DNA from: Octopus bimaculoides
Taxonomy: Eukaryota
Assembly (NCBI RefSeq): GCF_001194135.2
Contig: NC_068981.1
Location: 17,722,209-17,771,361, forward strand
Length of the DNA stretch: 49,153 bases
Direction: 5' to 3'
Position numbers and translations under genes: made by a program. Positions 25,301-39,073 of this stretch are shown piece by piece (within the stretch, counting starts at the first letter, position 1; each line of letters begins with the position of its first letter). The notes beneath the pieces were generated by a model, which was given only the letters and a program-made list of their open reading frames with translations, did no database searches and had not been told where the DNA came from.

Positions 25301-28101
25301 TCCGTGAATTTCAAAACATATTTTTATTAAAAATCAAGAATTGGGAAGAATTTGGTTAAATAAATACCCTTTTCATTAAGCTGATATTTGGAATATAACT
25401 TAAGAAAAGGTTCAGTGATAAAATTACAATGGTAAATGCGTTAATCAAATTCATGAACATAGCTGCTTCACCACCTGATGAGACATCAACTTCTGCATGC
25501 AAGTGCTAACTCTAAATGCATCATAGAAGCAAGAGTTGATTTAGGTAGGTCGGTATCAAAAGCGCTAAAGATCCTAATTAGTCAATGAAGGTAGGATCCT
25601 AAATCTAGGAAAAACGATCTGCATTGATTCATAAAACAAGGTGAATATTTACAAAGAGACATATTTAAAAAGCTTCAAAAACTGACGCAGTACCTTTCCC
25701 ACTTCTGAGACGGATTGTTCAAGATAGCAAGTGACTTTGCTAACAGATGTTCACGAAAGTGTCTAGTGACGATAGCCAGAGGATCGACTGAAAATAGACG
25801 AATTGTTAAAAAAGAATTTAAAATAAAATATCATAACGTTTTACAACATGTGGTCCCTTTTCTAGCTAAATAAACCATATAAAGGGTTATCAACCTCCAA
25901 ATACAACGGGGAGCAGTGCATAGTATATTTAGTCAGTGACTCAGCAGTTTTGAAGATGTTTTGGAATGGTTACCCTTTATAAATCTATCCATACAAACAG
26001 TAGATTTATAAAGGGAGGTAAAAAGCAACAGAAAAAAATTTCTGATTTGTAATTCACAAGTATAAAGCACTATAACTTGAGGGTAATGCACCACAAACTA
26101 TTCTGCACCTCAAGGTGAGACTGAATCTGAATTACTGACAGCAGGTTCTACTCTTATTCAACAGCTGATTGATTAAGCAGCAACAAGCACAATCATTAGG
26201 AAAAACACTAATTTCAGTCATTTTCAAATGGTCAAATTTGTAATTGCCATTCTACCTATTTTTAATACTCTTGATGTCAAAATGGAAAAATCAATGCAAA
26301 ATATAAACAAGAGGTAAAAATCAAACAAAATACAAAGTTAACAGAAAAATTAGACAACTGAAATTCATCTTTATTGTTTTAATGTTCACTTTTCTATGCT
26401 TGCAAGGGTCAAACAGTTTATTAAGGTGAATTTTCTATGGCCAGATGCTCTTCCAATTGCCAACCCTCACCTGTTTCCAAGCAAAGTAATATTTCCCTAT
26501 AACCAGACCATGTTTCTGCAGAATATTGGAAGTGAATGATACTGCTTATATAACAGTAACACTCGTTTACAACTGACACTCAACGTCAAGACCAGGAGAA
26601 GCAAACATACATGCACTCTTACACACACACATGCATATATACATGCATACATCATCATCATTGTCGTTGTTTAACATCTACTTTCCATGCTGGCATGGGT
26701 TGGATGGTCTGACTGAAGACTGGCAAGCCAGTAGGCTGTGCCAGGCTCCAGTCTGGTCTGGCAATGTTTCTACGACTGGATACTCTTCCTAATGCCAACC
26801 ACTCCGCGAGTGTAGTGGGTGCTTTTTACGTGCCACCAACATGAGGTTTAGTCAGGCAGCACTGGCAATGACCACGGTTGAATGGTTATTCTTACGTGTC
26901 ACTGGCATGGGAGCCAGTCAGGCGGCACTGGCAATGACCACACTTGAATGGTGCTTTTTACGTGTCACTGGCACAGGAGCCAGTCAGGCGGCACTGGCAA
27001 TGACCACACTCGAATGGTGCTTTTTACGTGTCACTGGCACAGGAGCCAATCAGGCGCCACTGGCAACAAATGCATACGTCATACTCTTTTATTCTTTTAT
27101 TTGATTCAGTCATTAGACTGTGGCCATGCTGGGGCACCACCTCAAAGAATTTTAGCCAAATAAACCAACCACAAAGCTTAATTTTTTTTCTTTTTTAGTG
27201 TTGCTGTGTTTATGTCCCCATAACGTGCTAGTGGCACATAATAAGCACCATTCAAGCAAGGGTCGATGCCACATAAAAAGGACCATAGGAACATGGTCGA
27301 TGCCAGTCCCCTTGCTTCCCAACTGGATGCCGTGCCGGTGGCACGTAAAAGGCACCCACTATAATTCCAGGGTGGTTGGCATTAGGAAGGGCATCCAGCT
27401 GTAGAAACCTTGCCAGATCAGATTGGGGCCTAGCACAGCCTACTGGCTTGCCAGTCCCCAGTCAAACTGTCCAACCTGTGCCAGCATGGAAAACGGACGT
27501 TCGATGATGATGATGAACTTAGCAGTTCAGGAAAAGAGTCCAGTAGAACAAGTACCAGGCTTTAAAATAATATTTATTATTTAAAATAATAAGAGTCAAT
27601 TCATTGACTAAAATATTCTTCAAGGCAGTGCCCCAGCATGGCCACAGTCTAATAAGTGAAACATGTAAAAGATAAAAAATATCTCCCAAAAAAAAGAAAA
27701 TCGTATTTTAAAAATTTCCGTCAGAAATAGATTGAATAATTAAAAACATTTTTTCAAATTTTCATCTTACCATGATTGCCAATACTGGAGAAAGAACTTT
27801 CTTCAAAGCTTATATCCCAGAAACTGTCAACAAAGAATCGGTAACCATCTTTATGGCATAACCACTGGATATAAGCAGGAACTTTCCCTTCACAGCGAGA
27901 ACAAGCGTGGCTCACTTTATGGAGGAAGTAACGCTGAAAAAGAGGAGATAAATCAAAATAGAAGTTGAAAGGATTCTAGCTTTAATTTCACTCTTGAGAA
28001 ATTCCTGGAAAATAAGAATTATTAACTGTAAAGGATAAAACACATCCTATTATACACCATCTTGAGACACTGAAGAGCAACAACAAAAATGGGACTCAAA
28101 C

Positions 28102-28140
<39 letters not shown>

Positions 28141-28846
28141 ATGGGTGTATGTGTATGTGTGCACATATATTGAAAAATTATTTTGGATGAAACAGCTTAA
28201 TGGTTAACTAANNNNNNNNNNTAACTAATACTTAGGAATCCATGTATATCCAATCAAGTAGTAAATATAATTTGTCCTCTGATTTTTTTTTTTTTTTTTT
28301 TTTTGGTATTATATAGATTTGTATGATTTACAGAATGTATAACCACAAGCAAAATTAAACAGATTTCGTTTATCTTTTTATTGTTACATCCTCCTGTTGT
28401 ATTTTGCTTGTGTGTGTGTGTGTGTGTGTAATTATGTATGTAATGGATGGATGGATGGATGGATTTATTTTCTACAAGAAATCATTCCTGAATCACTGAA
28501 AGGGACAAAAGTGCTAAATAAAATAGTTTTTGTTTTTTTCCCTGATTTCCTTCTTTTTCTTAATATACGTATACATATATATGTGTGTACGCATGCATGT
28601 GTGTGTATGTGAGTGTGTGCGCGCGTGCACACGTGTGTGTATGTAAATGTAAGATCCAAGGATCAAGGTGTAGGAAGAAAGTTAGCATCAAGCAATCCAT
28701 AGTGAATATAAAAAAACAACTTTCAGGAACAGTGGTTTACTGAGGCTGAAGGTTGTGGAATTTTTTTTATTGAATAAAAATAAGAAATGAAACATACATA
28801 ACCCAGATCTTATCTACTCCATTCCTTAACTCTCTCTCTCTCTCTC

Positions 28847-28893
<47 letters not shown>

Positions 28894-30785
28894 ATGCGTG
28901 CGTGCGTGTGTGTGTGTGTCACTCTTCAGGTGATCACATTAGTTATAATACAGAGAAGATGCTATTTCATCTCAAATTAGCTACAATATATTGATTCTGT
29001 GATATTTTATTTTAACAAGGTAAATCATAAGTGACATAATTCTAGCATGATAGGTTAATAATACCCAACATTTATATGTAGACTCGGGATTTTATCCATC
29101 ATAACCATTAGAATTAGATCAGTTGAGATCGATAGTTCTCAATTGGAGTCTAGACGACCCTTGGAGATCCATATGACCCTAAGGGGTCCACATAAGATTT
29201 TGCTGCTAAAATTTATGTGCAATAAACTGGTTATAGGTTATATTTCTACAAGATACAAAATATTTTAACAATTTTTTTATACAATTCCCAATAATATTTA
29301 CTTATAAGAATATAATAATATGATTTTTTAAATATTGATTATTTATGAGGGTCCACTGAGCAAAACAGGAATCAAAGGGATTCATAAGTAAAAAAGGGCC
29401 GAGGATCACTGGTTTAGCCTTTAATGGTTCAAGGAGTTTGTAAAGTTGGCAAAAGTGATATTAGAACCTAGAATTGAATGTCATATCATCATTTAACAAC
29501 AACAATGAAAACAGTATTATGTTCTAATAGCTATTAAGTAAATAAAATAAAATATATATATATAAACAAATATAATTGCAGAAACTGACCAAAGATAAAC
29601 AATTACAGGACAACTGATAAGAACGAACAGGGAAGTAGTTTTATGATAGAAAGATTATCTTGGATTAGTGATTTTAAATCTAACATTCTCTACATACATT
29701 TGTTTATCTATCATTCATGTTCTTTGTACTTTAAAATACTCAGACATTATTACAGAACATAGCTGTTTTCAATGAACAGATTAATAATTGAGGAGATTAA
29801 GCTCGCTTAAGAACACTGGGGGTAATCCACTTAGTGGTTGGCGTAAATTTTCAAGATCAGTAAAAGCAACTCACACAGAGAGATTTCAAGTTAAAAGGGG
29901 CACTCTGGTGGATCGTTATGGCAGCTGTAGCATAGATCTCAGCGAGAGTAGAAGTCGGAAGCATTTCTCCGGCAGCTTCAGCAAGGTTGACAGCACACAG
30001 AGCCAAGTTAATCCCATAGGCTGAGCTACCACTTGTGTGACCTAGGTAAAAGAAAGAGATAAAGATTACATGAGAAAGGGATAGAAAGGGAGAATGTTAG
30101 AAATAAAAGCTAAAATTTTTGCAGACTGCATGGGGAGATAATCTATGAAAAAAAGTAAGAGAAATGTGTTTTTTGAAAGTAATTAATTTTTAATGCTGAC
30201 ATTAAACAATAAATGCAATGTGTTATGTTATCATTGAATGATCTTAAACAGAGATTCAATTTCAATCTTTAATACATACATAGCACTGTGAAAACAACAA
30301 CATGAAATATTAGTATTCCTGGCTAACATCACATGTTGCCATTATGTTTAAAGATAACACCTGCATACCAATATCAACAAACTTTATGTCATTTAGGCTA
30401 TATTCCCATAAAGCTGTAGCAAAGTACAACTTGAAAATGCAAATATATAAGGTTATATGAACCTACATTGGATGGCACCTCAGCCCAAATCATAAATCTT
30501 GAACACTTGCCACAGCAAAATCAATCTTAAACTAAAACTTTCTCAGCTCATGACAAGAACTTGGTCAACATACATCTTTCATTAAGTTCATTATATCCCC
30601 TCTGATATACTCTCAAATATTCCCCATTCCACATGGTCAAGAGGGCCTTTTCCTGTTCTTTTTCTGTCTCATGAGTTACTTGGCAACCTCACTAGTGCTG
30701 GTGCCACAAAAAAGGTAACCCGGTACACACTGCATTAAGTAGTAGGTGACGAGCAGGCAGAAACGTTAGCATGCCAGGTAAAATT

Positions 30786-30831
<46 letters not shown>

Positions 30832-33445
30832 NNNNNNNNNNNNNNNNNNNNNNNNNNNNNNNNNNNNNNNNNNNNNNNNNNNNNNNNNNNNNNNNNNNNN
30901 NNNNNNNNNNNNNNNNNNNNNNNNNNNNNNNNNNNNNNNNNNNNNNNNNNNNNNNNNNNNNNNNNNNNNNNNNNNNNNNNNNNNNNNNNNNNNNNNNNNN
31001 NNNNNNNNNNNNNNNNNNNNNNNNNNNNNNNNNNNNNNNNNNNNNNNNNNNNNNNNNNNNNNNNNNNNNNNNNNNNNNNNNNNNNNNNNNNNNNNNNNNN
31101 NNNNNNNNNNNNNNNNNNNNNNNNNNNNNNNNNNNNNNNNNNNNNNNNNNNNNNNNNNNNNNNNNNNNNNNNNNNNNNNNNNNNNNNNNNNNNNNNNNNN
31201 NNNNNNNNNNNNNNNNNNNNNNNNNNNNNNNNNNNNNNNNNNNNNNNNNNNNNNNNNNNNNNNTATATATATATATATATATATATCGCCTTCTAGCACT
31301 TGTGCTGGTAGCACGTTAGAAAATCATTCAAGCGAGGTCATTGCCAGTGCCCCTGGACTGGCTCTTGTGCGGGTGGCACATAAAATACACCATTTTGAGC
31401 ATGGCTGTTGCCAGTACCGCCTGACTGGCCTTCATGCGGGTGACACGTAAAAGCACCCACTACACTCTCGGAGTGGTTAGCGTTAGGAAGGGCATCCAGC
31501 TGTAGAAACTCTGCCAAATCAGATTGGAGCCTAGTGTAGCCATCTGGTTCACCAGTCCTCAGTCAAATCGTCCAACCCATGTTAGCATGGAAAGCGGACG
31601 TTAAACGACGATGATGATGATGATAATGAAACACTATGAAAGAAATTGTAATACTGACCAGTCAGATGGAGTTGGTGAAGTTTGTGATAAGCCAAAGCAG
31701 CATTTACAGCAGACTGTTTCACTTCCGATGCTTCAAATTCTTTTGACCACAGACCACCAGCTCTGTTACTTAGCCATCTTCCCAGGTAAATGTAATGTAA
31801 AAACTGACGTAAGGAATGCCAAGCCAGACTGGCAACCAGGTCAATCTTCGAAGTTGGAAGGGGTCGACCAAGAGCAAGAAGGCCAAGATGCAACTGTTGA
31901 GCAGAAGCTGCATAGTTTCCCTGGTAACAGAAGAACAAAACAAAAATGGATAGTGAATAAAAAAAATAATTGAAGAAATATTACTTTTAAGTAAGAATGG
32001 CTGAATAATATATATATATATATATATATTTTACTGGCTATGTGGTAAGTAGCTAGGCGCAGGAGTGTCTGTGTGGTAAGTAGCTTGCTTACCAACCACA
32101 TGGTTCCGGGTTCAGTCCCACTGCGTGGCACCTTGGGCAAGTGTCTTCTACTATAGCCTCATGCCGACCAAAGCCNNNNNNNNNNCTGGTGTGTTTACAT
32201 CTCCGTAACTTAGCGGTTCGGCAAAAGAGACTGATAGAATAAGTACTAGGCTTGCAAAGAATAAGTCCTGGGGTCGATTTGCTCGACTAAAGGCGATGCT
32301 CCAGCATGGCCACAGTCAAATGACTGAAACAAGTAAAAGAGTAAAAAGAGATATATATGTTTATCTAGCAGAGATAAACATGAAGTATTCTTGGTTATTA
32401 CAGCAATAGGGATCAGATGGCTGCACCAATTACAACACTGGCATCATTATATCATCGTTACCTAGGATATTAAAATGGTATCTAACTGGGTTTTTTTTTT
32501 CAATAAACCAAGGTATAAAAGGCTGTGTTTCAAACACAAACACTGCACTGGTGTTTGAACTTATGATTCTGTAACGAGTAGAGTCACTGCTTGAAACTGT
32601 TGTTAATCCTCTTCAAATTATCATCATCAAAAATGGTTTTGCATCCTATTTTCCACACAGTTATAACTTAAACAAGTCTCTCAGCTCTTCTTTCAACTGT
32701 TTTACTTCAGACACTTCATTTGTACACCCAAATTTAAAATAGGTACACTAAATTATTTTGCACTCAGAGAATAAACTACTTGTATCAGTAGTTGGTTGTT
32801 GGGACACTGCATCCTGCAAACTTCCATGCTTCCTGAAATTCACCAACAGTACACCTGATGCACTCACCCCCACCACCACATTTTTTTTAAAGAACTCATT
32901 CACCGTTCCCTTCCTGTGCATTATTCTATGTACTCTTTGTGCACTTTCGGTTACTTTCTGATAAGTTGTAATGCATCTGAGCACTGCATACAATAATTTC
33001 ATTATTATTATATCATTGGAGCGCTAAGAGCACCATCCGAGTGTGATCATTGCCAGAGCAGTTGTCTGGCTTTCATGCCAGTGGCACATAAATAGCACCA
33101 TTTGAGCATGATCATTACCAGCGTTGCCTTACTGGCACATGAAAAAACATCCGAGTGAGGTCGTTGCCAGTGCCGCTGGACTGGCTCCTGTGCAGGTGGC
33201 ACGTAAAATACACCATTTTGAGTGTGGCCGTTGCCAATACCTCCTGACTGGCCTTTGTGCCGGTGGCATGTAAAAACCACCCACTACACTCTCGGAGTGG
33301 TTGCCGTTAGGAAGGGCATCCAGCTGTAGAAACTCTGCCAAATCAGATTGGAGCCTGGTGTAGCCACCTGGTCCACCAGTCCTCAGTCAAATCGTCCAAC
33401 CCATGCTAGCATGGAAGGCGAACGTTAAACGATGATGACGACGAC

Positions 33446-33497
<52 letters not shown>

Positions 33498-36452
33498 AAA
33501 TACTTCAGTGTCATAATAGGTGACCAAAAGTATTGGCATCTGGAAGATCCATCCATTAAACACTGCCTCAAAAAGTATAACCCCACCATCCCAGCCTGGA
33601 GGGGCAGACATAAAACAATGGTAGCAGGAGCAATGATGACAGCTCCAGATCAACCTACCCTGTCTCTTGCTCTCCCACAAACAGACCCAATTAAAAATTT
33701 AAAATACTCACTTGGGTGATGTATTGATCAGATTGTTTCTTGTGTCTCCAATAAGCTACTGATGCTTGACTGTTCTTGGATTTGACAGGTTCACCATACA
33801 CAAAAAGCATCAACAACATGATCAATATGAAAATACTGTTCAAGATTTGTGGCAGGAACGGCCAGTATGAGATCATTTCTTTCTCTGAAATTAAAACACA
33901 AACGTCAACTTACTTCCAGACTGTTCTACATCAAACTACTGCCATTTATTATTACGCATCAACCAAGAAATATAACGAGTGCAGATGAAAAATATAAATT
34001 CATTAATTCTTCCCAATTGCTCTTACCCAATAAAATACATGGTGGTAGCCATGTATCACCTCTATAGTAAGATACCCATACTTGTCCTTCTATTCTACTT
34101 TAGCCACTCAACAATTGGTATAAAGCCACCTCCTCCTCTCAAGTACTCCCTCACCATCACCACCACTATTTAATCAATGGGAGCCCCTTTCCTGTTCTTT
34201 TCCCATTTTGCAAGTTACTTGACAACCTCATTAGTGCTAGAGTCACAAAATTTTTTTTTTAAAGCACCCAGTACACACTGTAAAGTGATTGATATTATGG
34301 AGAACATCCAATTGCAGAAACCATGCCAAAGACAACATCAAAGCTCAATGCAGCCCAGCAGCTCACCAGAACCTGTCGAACGGTCCAACCCATGTCAGCA
34401 TGGAAAACAGACATTAAATGATGGTGAATCGAAATCGTAATTGAACCATATTCGATAACTGGCACCTGTGCCAGTGGAGCACTAACAGCACCGTCCGAGT
34501 GTGATCACTGCCAGAGCAGCTGTCTGGCTTCCGTGCCAGTGGCACGTAAATAGCACCATTTGAGTGTGATCGTTACCAGCGTCGCCTTACTGGCACGTTA
34601 GAAAACATTCGAGCGAGGTCGTTGCCAGTGCTGCTGGATTGGCTGCTATGCAGGTGGCACGTAAAAAACACCATTTTGAGCGTGGCCGTTGCCAGTACCG
34701 CCTGACTGTTCTTCATGCCGGTGGCACGTAAAAGCACCCATACACTCTCGGAGTGGTTGGCATTAGGAAGGGCATCCAGCTGTAGAAATTCTACCAGATC
34801 AGATTGGAGCCTGGTGCAGCCATCTGGTTCACCAGTCCTCAGTCAAATCGTCCAACCCATGCTAGCATAGAAAGCGGATGTTAAACGATGATGATGATTT
34901 ACACTAAAGAAACAACTGGCCTCAAATTTGCTGAATATGTACAGTCAATGAGAACAATCATAGTACTTGACTCGTACTTTATTTTATCGACTTCAGTGGG
35001 ATTTGCACTGAGAGCATCAAGGACTGTAATTAAATATCACAAGGTATTCTACACTATTCTATTGATTCTGATGTTGTACAGCCCTTACATTTATAATAAA
35101 GCAGCACAGTAAAGCACTAAACTACAATATCCAATATACATCAAACATTTTATTACATGTAAGGGTAGCATCAACAAAAACATAATGACAATTGTGCCAG
35201 ACTAAAACATATTTTTATTAATTACTGATTAACCAAAATTGAGCACTATTATCTTTGCGCTTTTTTTTTTTTTCAATTAAGAGCACAAATCAAAATAAAT
35301 AATAAAAAAATGTTTACAATTAATTTATTTAAAAACCAATTTAGACCATCTTGAATATTTACAATAAAAACCCCAAGTTCATTGGACAATGTCATATAGC
35401 AGTTTTCAAAGAAATAAAATACAGCAGAACTATATTTTAAGATTCCCACTATCACCACCAACTGAATGGTTACATTACTAAGATGCTCTCTTGTCATCCC
35501 AAGTACTCAAAATTCAGCAATATGTTAACTATATATTGCAAAATAGTGAAAAAGTTGTGTTTGAGTGGGAAACATAAAAATGTGTGTGTGTATGTACCAT
35601 ATTTGATAGCATATAAAAAGGTACTATTTTCACCCCGAAAAACTCTTTTAAAAAATCACTCCAGCTCCTATATGCAAAGTTGGGCCATCCATAAGCTTTT
35701 AGCACAAAGACTCTTTTTCCTGAAACTGCGTGCATCTAACATGCCCATGTGTCTTTTATGCCATTGCAGATAGTGTGTGTGTGTGTGTGTGTGTGCGCGT
35801 GTGTGTGTGTGTGCGTGCGTGTGCATGTACACACACACACACATACACATTTTGATGTAACTTATAATCTAAATACAGAAATGACGTAGTTTCATTTTTG
35901 ATCAGAGTCAAACACATTGGATATCATAATGTTTAAAAAAAAGAAAGAAAGAAAGAAAAACAGTAATACTCACTTGTCGTGGACACAAGTAGGGAACGAG
36001 AACTGTGTTCAGAAGGCATCCCATAATAATCTGAATACATTTTAGTATTCAAGAAAAATCCAAACGGATTGAAAGCAAGGACGCCGAACATAAACATACA
36101 GAGTGCCAGACGAGATCGATCAAGCATACCAATGTTAAAGATGTGACCATCACTCCCTGATAAAGTGAAAGAAAAAAGGGAATTAGTTGAGAGATCCCTA
36201 GAGTTAGTGACACACATTTAAAAATTAAAAAAATTGTGAACTTTATTTCTGAAAGAAATCATTTATAACGTATTTCGATCTATAGCAGTAAATATTAAAA
36301 CGCAATATATCTACCGACATCTCGTCACAATGTTAACTGCTGCACTGCACTCACCATCCTGCATCCTACAGCTTTCCCATTATCTAACACCACCTGCTAT
36401 TGCTGCCTTCCTCACTGATGTACAACAGAAGGTCCTTCTCTCCCCTGTCCTC

Positions 36453-36483
<31 letters not shown>

Positions 36484-39039
36484 GCGTGCGTGCGCATGTG
36501 TGCACGTGTATGCACACCACTGAAAAGATGTATGATTTTATGTGAAAAGTTGTAAGTGCACATCATATTTGGTTACTGTCGTTGTTGTTGTTATTCAACT
36601 TCTCGATTAACTTTGACCGAGTAGACCAAAAGTATTCCACCCTGTCTGTTTCCAGACATCATGTCCCTAGGTCTACATTACTCAATGTGTCATTTCATCC
36701 TTTAAGCTTGCAGTGAGATTTCAAGATCTGGCTGCTATTTCTTGCAAATAAAGTTAGCACACAGAAGTTCCTCAGTTGACTTGAATCATATATTGTGATT
36801 GTGACTATGTGGTGTCTAAGTTGTATATTAGATTACAATGGCAGAGATGATATTGTGGAAAATAGTGTGTGTGCATGTATGCGCATGCACCAGTGTGTCT
36901 ATGTGTGTGTGAAAGAGAGAGAGAGAATTCCATTGTATGTCTAGTGTTTTATTTTGTTTGGTTTAGGTATTGTGCAAATCTTAATTTTCTTTTATGTCAG
37001 TGTTAATGTTATAATTGATGATGTTAGTACTGACATTGAGACTAATACCAGTGATGTTCAGGTAGTCATGGAAGTTAAGTACAGTAGTCTAGTGATTCGA
37101 TAAGAGCCCCATCATGTCAAGTAGTTTCTACACTCTATTGTGAAATAAGTTGGTATCAGGAGTACATGTTGTGTAGGAGTATACAAAGTGTTGGATTACC
37201 AGCTCGAGTTTAATCTGTGGCAGATATTTTGCTGTTTCCAGACAGAACACTTTATTTACATTATTTCGCTTACCTACTTTTAGGTAACAAATTATCCGAG
37301 AAATTACTAGAGGTAGACTTTATCCCATCTAGAGACAGATCTGTCTTTCACCCACAATACATTATAAATTCATAACAAATTATTGACACCACCCCCCTCG
37401 ACCTGCCTAAAATTCTATAAGATTTACAGGATATTTACTATTTTCACATGTATTTCAAAGAAGATGCTGCTACATGGTCAGTGTTGTTTGTATTAAGGTA
37501 TATTTGATTCTATGATATAATGGTGCCAAAATAATGCAACCTTCTTTATTTTGCCTTCTATGTTGCTTTAACATCATGATTTTCATGTTTTATTGTAACT
37601 CGAAAATTCCGAATCTGTCTTACACCAATTTACAAACCTCGTTACAAGTATTCTTGTGTCGCTAGACAGACACAAGCATTCAACCTATCTCAATCTAGTC
37701 TATCATAGTTCTAAATAACTACCCACAACATGTCCTTCACAGCTGAAGTAGTTAGCAAGACATCTGGTTACAAAAACATATAATCTAGCTATTTCTTTTA
37801 AAATATTTATTGGCGAAAAAAAAAAAAACACATTCTTCTTAGTTATAATAAAATAGATGTGAAACAGTTGGTCTTTTTTTATCATGAAGATAATTATGAA
37901 ACCTGTCCATGTCTGGATAAATATGAATATTTGAGAAACAGAACCTGAAAAGATGAAAGTTAACTGATATGCGACTCGAATAAGTGACCTTCCAAAACAT
38001 AAAACTAGACATTTTATTTCAAATATCAAGATGTTAAAATCAAGTAGATGCAATTTTTTAAATTCTTTTCTATCTATATTTTCTTTTATAAAATACACAA
38101 GTCTACTGAATTTTAATTAATTTCTAAAATAATCAAGAATTTAGAATTTAGTAAATTAATTTTTTTTTTATTTTTAAGGTGGAGTTTAGTACAAAGATAA
38201 ATAAAATTTATCAAACTGTTTTAACTGAACTTAAGTGAGTTGGTTATCAAAAGAGTTGGCATATATAGAAAACATTGTTTCTATACATTATTGTCTATAT
38301 ATTATTTAAAAGCTTCAATTCATGTAAATAAATTCTTCTTCAGACAATTTCACTCATGATTAAGATATTGTTTAAACAGGTACATATTTCTGTTATGCGT
38401 AGAACTAAATACACAATATAGAGGAACAGCAATGTTAACAGAAACCACTTAACAATTGCAAAGTTGAAAACAAATATTTATTTATTCATTGATATTTCAA
38501 TATTTGCAAATCCTAATCTAGAACTGGGTAATTTGAAATAGGAAGCAAACAATACCAAATTGTTAATATGTACAGTGATGTACAGTATGGTGACTGTGTG
38601 AACTGTAATCTTCAAATGCTGCAGCAAACTGCTGATCAGCTAACAGCAGTTATTGTGCTCATAGATACCCAATAAATATTACTTTCTTAATATCCAAAGA
38701 TACTAAATTTTTGACGTCCATAACTGGCATTCTGTTGGTTACGACGACGAGTGTTCTAAGTTGATCTGATCGACAGAACAGCTTGCTCATGAAATTACTG
38801 CGCAAATGGCTGAGCACTCCACAAACATGTGTACCCATAATGTAGTTCTCAGGGAGATTCAGCGTGACATGGAATGTGACAAGAACAACTCATTTTTGCC
38901 AGCTGAGTGGACTGGAGCAATGTGAATAAAGTGTCTTGCTCAAGATCACAACCTGCCACCAGAAACTGAATTCAAATTCACAATCTTACTACCATGAGCC
39001 AAATACCCCTAACCACTAAGCCAAATGCCTTCACTCATG

Positions 39040-39073
<34 letters not shown>

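Noticed and set aside
26850-27065. CRISPR array or tandem-repeat protein (ORF 26841-27104)
   Set aside because: Units are contiguous with no unique spacers, there are no cas genes, the context is eukaryotic, and the array lies inside an RTE 3'UTR.
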